18,049 nucleotides of DNA, from the UHGV virus genome UHGV-0118719; one strand, written 5' to 3'. The DNA is from a virus. The translations under genes and the position numbers were made by a program. Below, piece by piece: positions 7,274 through 15,939 of the stretch. Within the stretch, counting starts at the first letter, position 1; every line of letters begins with the position of its first letter. The notes beneath the pieces were generated by a model. It was not told the DNA's origin. It ran no database searches and worked only from the letters and a program-made list of their open reading frames with translations.

Positions 7274-7310
7274 AGTTTTCTCCTGCCTATCAGCTAATAA
7301 GTTAATTAAT

Positions 7311-7901
7311 TTACTGTTGATCTTCGACATAAATTCCGGCAGAAATAATCGCTCCGCCGATTCGACGCTTACCATAAAGCAGAGGCACCGGGTACCCCTG
7401 TGCCGCGGTGTTTGTTACACCACCGAACGCGTATGAGGCGCGGTTATCTGAACTCTGTTTGCTGGCCAGCCCCGCTGGTTGAGGGGAAAGCATCTGAACA
7501 ACCCCGCCAATCATCATTGCGGCACCGAATTTGTATAAGAATGGTGATGCCGCAGCCCAGGGTGTGAAATTAAGCACCGCCCCAACGGCAACCAGAACTG
7601 CACCAAGTATTGTCTGGAGTAATCCGGCCTTTTTGCTCCCGATAATCACCGGGACAATCCTGACCACTTCACCAGTTACCGGAAAACCTAGGTCATCAAC
7701 TCCTATGTTTTTCTTTCCTTTAAAAATGGCAAAGGTTAGTCCGCGGCGCTTGCTGTTTACCATATAACTTTCAAACCCGGTGATTGTTTTTGCGAGTGCT
7801 ACACCTGCTTCAGAAACTTTACTGATAAGTCGCCAATGAGTTTTACCAAATATTTTACCGGGTTCGCCGCCGAGCTCAATTCGAGTCATTGCTTCAGACA
7901 T
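7311..7901 (-). CDS. I: tail assembly protein I
   Basis: 196-aa ORF; AAGAGG RBS 5 nt upstream; C-terminal half resembles lambda gpI (Gly/Ala-rich hydrophobic segment, then VLPVLYG-like block, here YPVPLLYGKRRIG). Confidence 0.85.
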   Translation of the reverse strand: MSEAMTRIELGGEPGKIFGKTHWRLISKVSEAGVALAKTITGFESYMVNSKRRGLTFAIFKGKKNIGVDDLGFPVTGEVVRIVPVIIGSKKAGLLQTILGAVLVAVGAVLNFTPWAAASPFLYKFGAAMMIGGVVQMLSPQPAGLASKQSSDNRASYAFGGVTNTAAQGYPVPLLYGKRRIGGAIISAGIYVEDQQ

Positions 7902-7914
7902 ATAAACCTCTTAA

Positions 7915-7940
7915 TAATAAAAAACCCCGCCTGAGCGAGG
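7915..7940 (-). terminator. rho-independent terminator between the lipoprotein gene and I
   Basis: Plus-strand A-run 7919-7924 then ccccgc-ctga-gcgagg; on the minus-strand RNA the stem is fully paired (one G-U) and followed by a U-tract, while the plus-strand version has a C-A mismatch. Confidence 0.55.
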
Positions 7941-7959
7941 TTATATATAATTGCTGCAT

Positions 7960-8373
7960 TCAAAATGCTGTAGGGTAGATACCAAAATCACCGTTGGTTC
8001 CGTAACCAACTCTAAACATCAAAACCCCAGTATCTGTCACCTTACCCGACTGTTCGCTCATGCCTCCGCCACACATACCTTTGGGCCAAGCGCTAAAGAT
8101 ATGATCTCCAATTTTGGGATAGACCGTTACCTTTTGAGCTGTATCTAAGTCTGCGACCTCCTTGCCATCAACATAAACTCGGGTCATGCAGGCGCTGCCC
8201 ATAAAACCAGAGTCTCGTTTGATTATTACCTTGCCAGTCCCTTCTTTTTTTACTAGCAGTGTATTGCTGATAACCTGTTTTGCAGGAACATCCTGTGCTT
8301 GTTCATTTGTCACCGGCTTAGTTGCACAACCGGCAACCATTAAGATGGAGGTAAAAACTAAAATTCTTTTCAT
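7960..8373 (-). CDS. lipoprotein of unknown function (137 aa), accessory gene between K and I
   Basis: ATG at 8371-8373 preceded by AAAGGGGA; signal peptide MKRILVFTSILMVAGC with lipobox VAGC; the longer track ORF start at 8493 was rejected. Confidence 0.65.
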   Translation of the reverse strand: MKRILVFTSILMVAGCATKPVTNEQAQDVPAKQVISNTLLVKKEGTGKVIIKRDSGFMGSACMTRVYVDGKEVADLDTAQKVTVYPKIGDHIFSAWPKGMCGGGMSEQSGKVTDTGVLMFRVGYGTNGDFGIYPTAF

Positions 8374-8461
8374 ATCCCTATCCCCTTTGGTCAATTTTGC
8401 CAAAAGAGTAGCAGGGATCGAGCGGTAGCAAAACCGAATGTTATCTTGGTTCACGCGCCCT

Positions 8462-8971
8462 TTAAATACCGGGGAGATACATCTGTACTTCATCAGCTAC
8501 ACGCTCCCGTGCTGTGTGTAGAAGCCGCTTGCGGCCACCAACACCCCACTTGGCCATCTGGCTGGCGCACTGGCTGATCGCTTTGGTTTCGGTGTTAATC
8601 ACATGGTCGATTTTATTCAAGCGAGACATGGCATCGAACCCGCGACGCATTAGCATTTGAAATGTCTCATAGACTTTGATTTCAAAAAGCGGATTGAGCC
8701 AGGCTGCATAGCGTATAGCGATAAGTTCAAGCCCCCAGGAGCCCTGAAATGGTCCCCCCTTAATTGTCATAACCGATGCGATTTTCTTCGCATCGCTCAA
8801 GGCTTGAACAAATCGCCTTACTTGCTTGGTTTTGAGAAACTCACCTGGTCGCTGTGATTCAGTGGCTTTGCCTTCAGCCACCGCTGCGGCGTGGAGATCA
8901 TTAAGATTATAACGTCCTTCGTTATCGACACGAACTGATACGCCGTTTACAGATACGGTTGGATATTGCAT
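8462..8971 (-). CDS. KilA-N domain protein (169 aa)
   Basis: N-terminal ~110 aa fit the KilA-N/APSES-type pattern (V..VR.D.EG...L.DL......, GG.FQGSWG.ELIAIRYAAWLNP.FEIKVYE); ATG at 8969-8971 with AAGG RBS; inserted where lambda has no gene. Confidence 0.65.
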   Translation of the reverse strand: MQYPTVSVNGVSVRVDNEGRYNLNDLHAAAVAEGKATESQRPGEFLKTKQVRRFVQALSDAKKIASVMTIKGGPFQGSWGLELIAIRYAAWLNPLFEIKVYETFQMLMRRGFDAMSRLNKIDHVINTETKAISQCASQMAKWGVGGRKRLLHTARERVADEVQMYLPGI

Positions 8972-9115
8972 ATCGGATTACCTTTTAGTGATGAACCTTG
9001 TCGCACAGGAAAACGGCCCCAAGAAGGCTCCGACAGCCAGCCGGTTCCTCAAGGTGCATCCTGAAAGGTTCTTGGTTTGAATTGCGCGTGCGGTGCGCGG
9101 TGAAATGCGGGGTTT

Positions 9116-9136
9116 AAAAAAACCCACCTGAGTGGG
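9116..9136 (-). terminator. rho-independent terminator directly after the K stop codon
   Basis: cccac-ctga-gtggg hairpin (9123-9136) abutting the K stop (9137-9139), followed on the minus strand by T7 (plus-strand A-run 9116-9122). Confidence 0.55.
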
Positions 9137-9847
9137 CTATAGAAGCGTTTTATATCTGACGATCTTCATCGTCCTTTCCTGCCAGTAGCCACCATACGGC
9201 ACGCGCTGGCTCAGATGTCCGTACAGGTGGTGCAGCAGCATATTTCCCTCCAGCAGAATTCCCGCGTGGTTCCACTTATCAGCCTGGACCTGCATGATCA
9301 CCATATCGCCGGGTTTCGGTGGCCCGTCGAATTCCCGGAAACCGCACTCATACCAGCAATCCTGATAGAAGTTGTCCGGATATTCGTTTTCCCACCAGGG
9401 ATAATCAACCCGGTAATCGTGGAGTTCGATACCATGCGTTTGCCGAAAATAGCTCATTACCAGCCCCCAGCAGTCGAAGTGTCCAAGCACAAACGGACGC
9501 TCCAGCAGCGGCAGTTCTCCGCGCGGCTGGATGGTGCGTAAATCCCCCTCCGGCCAGCTCACAATATGCCAGGGTAAAAGCGTTGCGTCGCATTGCGCTT
9601 TATCCAGTTCGCTCGGTTGCGTTGTGGCGTCAGGGTGACTGTGAACGATGGCGATCACCGTACCCCAGTCCTCAGCAGCGGCATAGCCTTCTGGCGACAG
9701 GTGAAAATGTTCTGTCGGCTCGGTAGCGAGGTTACTACATGGAAAATATTTCTCTACCCGGCTCTTTTGCGCCACCACGCCGCAACACTCACGAGGATAT
9801 TCAGCTGCAGCATGCGCCATAATCGCATCGATGGTTTTCTGACGCAT
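9137..9847 (-). CDS. K: tail assembly protein K (N-terminal MPN/JAMM-like, C-terminal NlpC/P60-like)
   Basis: 236-aa ORF that matches my recollection of lambda gpK over essentially its whole length (MRQ.TIDAIMAHAAAEYPRE.CGVV..., HSHPD motif, HFDCWGLV). Confidence 0.95.
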   Translation of the reverse strand: MRQKTIDAIMAHAAAEYPRECCGVVAQKSRVEKYFPCSNLATEPTEHFHLSPEGYAAAEDWGTVIAIVHSHPDATTQPSELDKAQCDATLLPWHIVSWPEGDLRTIQPRGELPLLERPFVLGHFDCWGLVMSYFRQTHGIELHDYRVDYPWWENEYPDNFYQDCWYECGFREFDGPPKPGDMVIMQVQADKWNHAGILLEGNMLLHHLYGHLSQRVPYGGYWQERTMKIVRYKTLL

Positions 9848-9848
9848 A

Positions 9849-10604
9849 TCAGCTCCTGATCAACGACGTTCCAACGAATCCGCCATGCGATAACTCATTA
9901 CCTTTGCCAAAACGTAGCTCACATGCTGCCAACGTACCGTTGCATTCATCCAGCGACGGATCGCTTACCGGGTTGTTGTTTTTGTCGAAATAGCGCGTAC
10001 CAGCATAGTCGCAGCCGTCGCCGGTTCGGTACTTGTTCCGGATGCACCATGTGCACAGAGAATGAAGCTGGCGGGTAGGTATCATCAGCCCCTGCAGATC
10101 CATAGGGCTGGATAGTGTGAACTCAACAACTTCATTGGTTTCACTGCTCTTTGCATCGATGTAGAAAACCTTCAGCTTCTCCTGGGTCGGATCGGCTGTC
10201 GGATTGCCTCCGGTGAAGTTTCTCGCATCGAGATACTTACCAATGGTGTCATGTATCGTCACCTTCGCCTGCAGCATATCGTCGTAAGCCAGGCAAAGCG
10301 CGGTGATCGAACTGTCGAGGTTAGCAACCGAAAGTTTTGGCTGGGCACTACTTCCCGAGGTTGAAGCCTCGATCCCCTCAATCTGACACGGCCAGGCTTT
10401 ATACTCCTCCCCCTGCCACCAGATGGACTTCGCCGGAAGTTTATTCTCATCCCCGCCTGCAGCCTCAATCTCTTCCGGGGTATGCGCGATATTATGTGTG
10501 TGGAAGCGGAGTACATCTGACATACCGAACGCTGTGCCATCGACAGAAAAAAGCCGGACTTCATTGCCCGGCTCGAGTTTTTGATAATCAGCATTAAGAC
10601 TCAT
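9849..10604 (-). CDS. L: minor tail protein L
   Basis: 251-aa ORF in the lambda L position; conserved Cys-containing C-terminal region (CTWC, GCDY, DEC); ATGA start/stop overlap with M. Confidence 0.9.
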   Translation of the reverse strand: MSLNADYQKLEPGNEVRLFSVDGTAFGMSDVLRFHTHNIAHTPEEIEAAGGDENKLPAKSIWWQGEEYKAWPCQIEGIEASTSGSSAQPKLSVANLDSSITALCLAYDDMLQAKVTIHDTIGKYLDARNFTGGNPTADPTQEKLKVFYIDAKSSETNEVVEFTLSSPMDLQGLMIPTRQLHSLCTWCIRNKYRTGDGCDYAGTRYFDKNNNPVSDPSLDECNGTLAACELRFGKGNELSHGGFVGTSLIRS

Positions 10605-10948
10605 GGTGCAAATGCCTGTTCAAACGTTGCGGTTACGGTTATCACTTTTACGTTTTTAACCACCTTTTTGAGCGTGTCAGCCTCGACACGCCACAGCGCG
10701 GTATCGCCGAAAGGCGGTGTGAAAATAAACGACTTCACTTTATGCCGCCGAAGGAAAGCGTGAATTTCATTCGCTGTAGTCGGATCCCCTGAAAAGGAAT
10801 ATTCATAGGTACGAATCTCATCATTCAGGCCGGAGCCGCTCACCTGTGCGTACCCGTCGCCGAACTGGACCTTCCTGACTGTGTCTTTGCTTCCCTCGGT
10901 GGGCTGGCTGGAAACCTTAATGCCCCAGGGGAATGTTTCTATCGTCAT
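10601..10948 (-). CDS. M: minor tail protein M
   Basis: 115-aa ORF directly after H; lambda-M-like (VRKV.FGDGY.Q); coupled to L. Confidence 0.9.
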   Translation of the reverse strand: MTIETFPWGIKVSSQPTEGSKDTVRKVQFGDGYAQVSGSGLNDEIRTYEYSFSGDPTTANEIHAFLRRHKVKSFIFTPPFGDTALWRVEADTLKKVVKNVKVITVTATFEQAFAP

Positions 10949-10953
10949 AACTG

Positions 10954-13470
10954 TTACCTGCGATTGGTCGCATTCCAGATAAGCCCACCGGGCTGGATTG
11001 CCCTGGCGATACCATCGTTGACAGATTTGTTAATCACCTGCTGATACGCCTTACCCAGCCTGTCTCCGTCGTTTTGCTGCTGTGCGTTACCGGAAGCATT
11101 CTCGACCGTCACCGGGGCATATACACTGACACCGAAAGGTGCTGCAGCCGGGCCTGTACCACCGCCCCCGACATACCCACCCGTGGCATACCCTTTCATC
11201 ATCCGGTAAAGATTGCCGACGCCGATCCGGCTGGTAGCCTCTTTGGTGAAAACAAATTCACCACGGTGAACGACACCTGCAGGTTCATATTTCCCGCCTG
11301 AACCGGTATAACCGCCACCTGCAAATCCCAGCGCGGTTGTCGCTGAATCCACCAGGCCTACCATCGCCTGTTTCAGCAGGATCTGTGTCAGCATGGAGAG
11401 CGTGGAGCGGGTGAAGTCAGCCCAGTCAGCCTTTCCGCGCGTCAGCATGTCAGCCATATTTTGCCCGATGCCATCAAACGCACTGGTGGCAGCCGACTTC
11501 ATCTGGCCATAAGCATCTGAAGCAGAATCAACATAATCTGCCCATGCGGATTTGGCTCCGGACTGCCAGTCGTCCCGCAGCTTATCCTGCTCGGCGTAAT
11601 ACGCCTGCAGCGCCTGCAGCTCATTCTGATAACCAGCATCGTTCTCCGAACCACCACCATTTTTCCAGCCCTGAAGAAGCTGGGCCTCTTCATTGCGACG
11701 TTGTGCTGCACGACTGCTCATACCAGCACTTTCCGCAAGGGCTCGGGTTTTCTCGCCGATCTGCGTGACGTATTTTTGGGACGTATCCTGCAGGCGATTA
11801 AGCCGCTCCTGCGCCACTATCTGATCGCCGAGCTTCGCATTCAGCTCCGCACGGGAAAGCACCTCACTTTTACTGGCCAGCAGGGATTTTTCCTCAGCAG
11901 AAAGCGTTCGGGTCTTCGCGGCCTCTTCCAGAACCGTAAAGCGGGACTGCTGACGCCACAGCTCCTGACGCTGCTGGCTGATGGTGTCATTGATGCTCTT
12001 ATGCTCCTGCAGGGTGCGCAGCTGTGTCTGTAGCTCCAGCGTCTGGGCACTGGCCGTATCGGTGGCACGGGCACCTGCGGGGGTTCTGATTGCCGGGGTC
12101 TTCTTCGGCTTTTTAAGGGTGTCTTCGTACTCTTTTTTCGCGGCAGCCAGGTTGATGTTGTAGTCAGCCTGGAGGATCCGCCCCTCTTTCAGCGCCTTGT
12201 TGAGCTCGCTCTGCCTGGCCGTGTATTTCTCCAGTGCCGTCTGCGTTTTGGCATAGTTTGCCTGTGCCTGCGCAGCATACTTCTGGCGATCCGATTCCGC
12301 AGCCGCTTCGCGCGATGCATTCTCTTCGTTCGCCCTGGCAATTCCCGCCTGCTGCTGCGCCATATCCAGCGCAAGCCTGGCCGTTTCGCGGTCATTCCAG
12401 AATCGGGCGCGAGCCTCATCATTGACATATCGGTCACCTTTACGCAGGTTCCAGATTTCATCAGCTTTTTTGAACGCGGCTTCGGCTTTTGCCACCATCT
12501 CCTGCGCGGTGTCAGGTCGGCCAATATCGAGGGCTGCATCCCACATCGACTTGAAGGCGCGCTTCAGGGAGTCCGCTGAAGACTCTATCGTCCCCATATT
12601 GTCGCGGATGGCTTTGGTCTGATCGTTGAATCCGGCTGTAGCCGCCTCGTTAGCCGCCTGCAGTGCGCCAGCCTCATCACCGGCACGCTGCAGCTGCGCC
12701 ACATGGGCAATCTGTTCTGCGGTAACGTTATGGAACTGCTGGGCCATCGCGATCAGGCCCGATGTCGGGTCAGTTGCGAGCTTGCCGTAGGCTGCAGCGA
12801 CTTTCTCCACCGGCACGCCGGAGGCATCAGTAAACCGCGCCACCGCCTGGCTCATTTCATCAAAGCGCGAGCCAGTACGCACACCTGCATTGATAAGCTC
12901 GGTCAGGGCTTCACTGGTCTGGTTGAACGTTAGCCCCGCTGCCTGTCCGTTCCGCGCCAGTGCCAGCATGCGGTCAGCTGTCAGTCCGGCTGTGTTCCCC
13001 GACAGTACCAGCGTTTTGTTGAAATCAGACAGAGTGGAAGAGCCCTGGTACCAGGCATAGAACAACGCGCCCGTTGCAACGGACAATGCACCAATGCCGA
13101 CCATCAACGGGGAAATCGTCCCCAGCAACGCCCGGAATGTCGGAATGATCCCGCCAAAGGAGTCCTTAACCTGACCGCCCTGCTGAAGCAGAATCAGCCA
13201 GGGGTTCTGCCCACCCGCCAGCTGCGTGGCCACGTCAGTAAACTGCGCCGGGAGCATACGCATCGCTGCGTTATACTGACCCACTGAAATACCGGCCTTA
13301 CGCGCGGCGTTCTCCTGGCGGCTGAAGGACTGCTGGATACGTAACGCTTCATCGTTTGCCGTATTGCCGGTCTGTTTTAATTCTTTTTTGACGTAGCTGA
13401 GCTGCTCGTTGAATTTTGTCGAGTTAACGTCAAGGTTAACGACCAGATCACCGACTGCCGTCTGAGCCAT
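10954..13470 (-). CDS. H: tail tape measure protein H
   Basis: 838-aa ORF; long blocks match remembered lambda gpH (GISVGQYNAAMRMLPAQFTDVATQLAGGQNPWLILLQQGGQVKDSFGG, YEPAGVVHRGEFVFTKEATSRIGVGNLYRMMKGYATGG); start overlaps the T stop by 23 nt. Confidence 0.92.
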   Translation of the reverse strand: MAQTAVGDLVVNLDVNSTKFNEQLSYVKKELKQTGNTANDEALRIQQSFSRQENAARKAGISVGQYNAAMRMLPAQFTDVATQLAGGQNPWLILLQQGGQVKDSFGGIIPTFRALLGTISPLMVGIGALSVATGALFYAWYQGSSTLSDFNKTLVLSGNTAGLTADRMLALARNGQAAGLTFNQTSEALTELINAGVRTGSRFDEMSQAVARFTDASGVPVEKVAAAYGKLATDPTSGLIAMAQQFHNVTAEQIAHVAQLQRAGDEAGALQAANEAATAGFNDQTKAIRDNMGTIESSADSLKRAFKSMWDAALDIGRPDTAQEMVAKAEAAFKKADEIWNLRKGDRYVNDEARARFWNDRETARLALDMAQQQAGIARANEENASREAAAESDRQKYAAQAQANYAKTQTALEKYTARQSELNKALKEGRILQADYNINLAAAKKEYEDTLKKPKKTPAIRTPAGARATDTASAQTLELQTQLRTLQEHKSINDTISQQRQELWRQQSRFTVLEEAAKTRTLSAEEKSLLASKSEVLSRAELNAKLGDQIVAQERLNRLQDTSQKYVTQIGEKTRALAESAGMSSRAAQRRNEEAQLLQGWKNGGGSENDAGYQNELQALQAYYAEQDKLRDDWQSGAKSAWADYVDSASDAYGQMKSAATSAFDGIGQNMADMLTRGKADWADFTRSTLSMLTQILLKQAMVGLVDSATTALGFAGGGYTGSGGKYEPAGVVHRGEFVFTKEATSRIGVGNLYRMMKGYATGGYVGGGGTGPAAAPFGVSVYAPVTVENASGNAQQQNDGDRLGKAYQQVINKSVNDGIARAIQPGGLIWNATNRR

Positions 13471-14199
13471 AGCGCACGCCTCCTGAAATACCTGCAGCCT
13501 TCGCCATCAGCGTATCGTCATCCGGATCATCGATGTCGATGGCTTCCGGTGCAGAGGAAAGAATGCTGAAACTGTCCGGGGTTAACTCCGGATCGGCAAA
13601 AAACAGGGTTGAGATGGTGTAGAGCAAGCCGGAGAAATGTGCGTCCAGCTGCGCATCATGAAAGTAATTGTCCTGGTAGAAGATTTTCCAGTCGCCGTAC
13701 TCCGTAGAGGACATGCCAGCAAGCATGGCACGCCAGTCCGGGCGACCGAACTCACGCGCCAGTTTCATGGCAAACTTCAGCTCACTGGCGAGGGCTTTTC
13801 CGCAGTAACAGGTTCAGCGGGTTCATTACGTTCTTCACCGGGCTCAGCCTGGTCATCAGTGACCGGCGCAATCATCCCGGACAGGAGTTTCACCTTATAT
13901 TCGGCTTCGGCAACCAGTTCGGTCGGCCATGACTGCATGACCTCATCCTGAATCTTTGCCACTTCCGCCGCCGCATTTTCTCCCTGGGAGCCTTTCAGTT
14001 CGTGGCCGTGCCAGAGTGACATCGCCACGAGGAACGCCCCACTTTTTACGGTGAGGGTGATGGCCGCCTGAAAATCGCCAGCTTCAACTGCCTCCAGCTG
14101 CTTCAGGTATTCGAGGTATTCAATACGCTGAAGCGCCGAAAGCTGGAACAATGTGACGCTGCTGCCGTTGCATTCAAGAAGTTCGCTCTTTAGAAACAT
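13448..14199 (-). CDS. T: tail assembly chaperone G-T fusion, made by a programmed -1 ribosomal frameshift near the end of G
   Basis: T-frame ORF (13448..13768, lambda-T-like MKLAREFGRPDWRAMLAGMSSTEY...) is in the -1 frame relative to G and stays open upstream through the G terminus to a stop at 13814-13816; slippery heptamer GGAAAAG at 13795-13801. Confidence 0.75.
13777..14199 (-). CDS. G: tail assembly chaperone G
   Basis: 140-aa ORF, lambda-G-like (MFLK..., GAFLVAMSLWH, PAEPV...S); GGAG RBS 5 nt upstream. Confidence 0.9.
   Translation of the reverse strand: MFLKSELLECNGSSVTLFQLSALQRIEYLEYLKQLEAVEAGDFQAAITLTVKSGAFLVAMSLWHGHELKGSQGENAAAEVAKIQDEVMQSWPTELVAEAEYKVKLLSGMIAPVTDDQAEPGEERNEPAEPVTAEKPSPVS
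13795..13801 (-). other. putative -1 frameshift slippery site G-GAA-AAG (G frame Glu-Lys), at the position of lambda's G-GGA-AAG
   Basis: The only homopolymeric heptamer inside the 11-codon window where the T frame is open and G has not yet terminated; five codons before the G stop, as in lambda. Confidence 0.55.
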
Positions 14200-14207
14200 A
14201 ATTACTC

Positions 14208-14232
14208 CGGGGGAACGGGGCTCGCGCCCCGG
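14208..14232 (-). other. GC-rich stem-loop in the V-G intergenic spacer
   Basis: cggggc-tcgc-gccccg (14216-14231), with alternative pairing ccgggg (14208-14213) / ccccgg (14227-14232); no U-tract. Confidence 0.3.
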
Positions 14233-14235
14233 TTA

Positions 14236-14973
14236 TCAGGAAACAGTGACTTTGCAGATCGCCACAAAGTTACCGTCATTGCTCATAACGATGATTTCGA
14301 CGGTGCCTGCCGCCACGCCGGTGACCGTCAGTGTGTTACCGTTAGCCGTAACTGTGGCTTTGGCCCGGTCAGCTGACGATACGCGGAAGGATTTATCTGA
14401 CGCACTGGCCGGAAGAACAGATACAACCAGTTGCACAGTTTCACCGACCGCAACAGCTGCAGTGGATTTATCCAGGCTGATCCCCGTGACAGCAATCGGC
14501 GCGGCACCACTGTCTTCTGCCAGTGATGGTTTGCCGTTGTTGGTGATTTTGGCCGTCCGGGTCATGACCTCTTTGGACGTAATGGTTTTACCGAGGCTGC
14601 TCACCCAGCCCTTAAACACATCGACAACACCATTTGGGTATTTGATTTTATATCCCCTCACGGTGCCCTCATCGAACCAGATCACAAGGTCCTGCTGACC
14701 GGAATCTCCCGGCATCCACGCGAGCGTCAGGTTGGTTTCACCGGCTGATTTCTGCCCCTGCATGGTTGATGTCCAGTCAGCATTCTCATCATCGATGTAG
14801 GTATCATCCTCAGATTCGGCGGTCAGTTCACCGGGCTGCAGGTCTTTAATCTTTGCCAGACGCAGCCAGTCAACATCTGAAAGCGGGTTGGCATAAGGGT
14901 CACCGGTTCCGGTGTAAACCCATAGGGTGGTACCAGCACCTTTTGTTGGTGCCAGCGGGTTTGGTGTGGCCAT
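14236..14973 (-). CDS. V: major tail tube protein V with C-terminal Ig-like (Big_2-type) domain
   Basis: 245-aa ORF; N-terminal two-thirds match remembered lambda gpV ([39 protein letters not shown]); C-terminal ~90 aa is an Ig-like decoration domain. Confidence 0.92.
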   Translation of the reverse strand: MATPNPLAPTKGAGTTLWVYTGTGDPYANPLSDVDWLRLAKIKDLQPGELTAESEDDTYIDDENADWTSTMQGQKSAGETNLTLAWMPGDSGQQDLVIWFDEGTVRGYKIKYPNGVVDVFKGWVSSLGKTITSKEVMTRTAKITNNGKPSLAEDSGAAPIAVTGISLDKSTAAVAVGETVQLVVSVLPASASDKSFRVSSADRAKATVTANGNTLTVTGVAAGTVEIIVMSNDGNFVAICKVTVS

Positions 14974-14980
14974 AGGGTCC

Positions 14981-15379
14981 TCACATGTCGTAAGTAATGG
15001 AATATTTCAGGTCGGCAGAACTCCACAGCGCCATATCGTCATCGCGCTGGTAGTCATAGCCCTGCTGAACCATTGTGGTGATAAGAGATTCAAGCCCCGG
15101 AACCTCTGCGAGAACCGGATACACTCTCGTCTCCATCCAGTCATCCAGATCAGAATCAGGTACCTGAGCCTCAAGAAAGACTTCGATATGCAGAATGGCC
15201 TGCCAGCTATCGGCGTCCAGTTCTTCCCCTGTGTATTCCGCATCTGTCAGGTAGACGGCAACAGCGGGAAAATCACCCTCTTCGAGCACTGCAGGTCTGC
15301 CGTCAAAATAAATGACATCAGTACCAATCGCGCTTTCCAGCGCGTCAATAATCACCTTGCGAATATCGCTGTGTTTCAT
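14981..15379 (-). CDS. U: tail terminator protein U
   Basis: 132-aa ORF matching lambda gpU ([53 protein letters not shown]); ATGA overlap with the Z stop. Confidence 0.92.
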   Translation of the reverse strand: MKHSDIRKVIIDALESAIGTDVIYFDGRPAVLEEGDFPAVAVYLTDAEYTGEELDADSWQAILHIEVFLEAQVPDSDLDDWMETRVYPVLAEVPGLESLITTMVQQGYDYQRDDDMALWSSADLKYSITYDM

Positions 15380-15930
15380 CGTGTCAGAATTAACCTGAGT
15401 TGGTTGGTAAGGGATGCCCGGAGCTCTTTGGGCATATCTGACTCCATGAGCTTCGGCAGTTCTTCTTTAAATGCCGTAGTTAATGGAGCTGCCAGCGGGA
15501 TGCTGACCACTTCAATGGGGTAACGAGGTTTTGAAGTCCGCCTCATGACATGCCAGCGACCATTTTTAAGTTGCTGGATAAAGCCGCCCGGAAAACGAAA
15601 TGGCCCTATGCGCAGAACGCTGTTGGCCCCTTTCTTGTCCCGTTTTCTGCGGGAAAGTCGCACGCTTGCGGTACCGAGTTTAATGGCCGGTAAATTTCCC
15701 CGGTTTACCCGGATAAGTGCACGAGGTCTATTGACCGTCGCACGCTTCACCCTGGCGCGTTGCTTTACCAGTTTTCGCGGTACGCGCGTATCTTTTGATA
15801 CGACTGCCACGCTGCGGCTGACGGCCCGGTTTGCCACGCGGTTAACGGCCTGCGCCGATGCCCGCGGAACAGCCGTTTTGCTGATGCTGTTAAGGTTTTC
15901 TATGGCCTGTTCAAGGCCTTTTATGGACAT
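15376..15930 (-). CDS. Z: minor tail protein Z (tail completion)
   Basis: 184-aa ORF; N-terminus MSIKGLEQAIENL..ISKTAVP and FIQQLKNGRWHVM.R match lambda gpZ. Confidence 0.92.
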   Translation of the reverse strand: MSIKGLEQAIENLNSISKTAVPRASAQAVNRVANRAVSRSVAVVSKDTRVPRKLVKQRARVKRATVNRPRALIRVNRGNLPAIKLGTASVRLSRRKRDKKGANSVLRIGPFRFPGGFIQQLKNGRWHVMRRTSKPRYPIEVVSIPLAAPLTTAFKEELPKLMESDMPKELRASLTNQLRLILTR

Positions 15931-15939
15931 ATGCGCTCC

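Noticed and set aside
7960-8493. Longer 177-aa version of the K/I lipoprotein ORF starting at 8493
   Set aside because: The extension would precede the signal peptide with 40 non-signal residues and overlap the KilA-N gene; the internal ATG at 8373 has an RBS and yields a canonical lipoprotein signal peptide.
2017-9136. Similar hairpin sequences (aaaaaacccgcct... at 2020-2040 and 7919-7940; cccacctgagtggg at 9123-9136) as possible repeat or mobile-element ends
   Set aside because: They are short GC-clamp plus A/T-run terminators of a generic enterobacterial type, and the similarity is limited to the A-run and the CCCGCC stem; no flanking direct repeats or transposase gene were seen.
11074-12933. 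Multiple small ORFs on both strands inside the tape measure gene
   Set aside because: All are nested within the H coding region, whose own frame shows clear tape-measure homology; no independent start signals.
14153-15523. Long plus-strand ORFs (14153..14698, 181 aa; 14927..15523, 198 aa) antisense to V, U and Z
   Set aside because: They lie opposite strongly lambda-like minus-strand genes in GC-rich DNA, have no RBS and give low-complexity, Ser/Thr/Pro/Arg-rich translations; typical antisense shadow ORFs.
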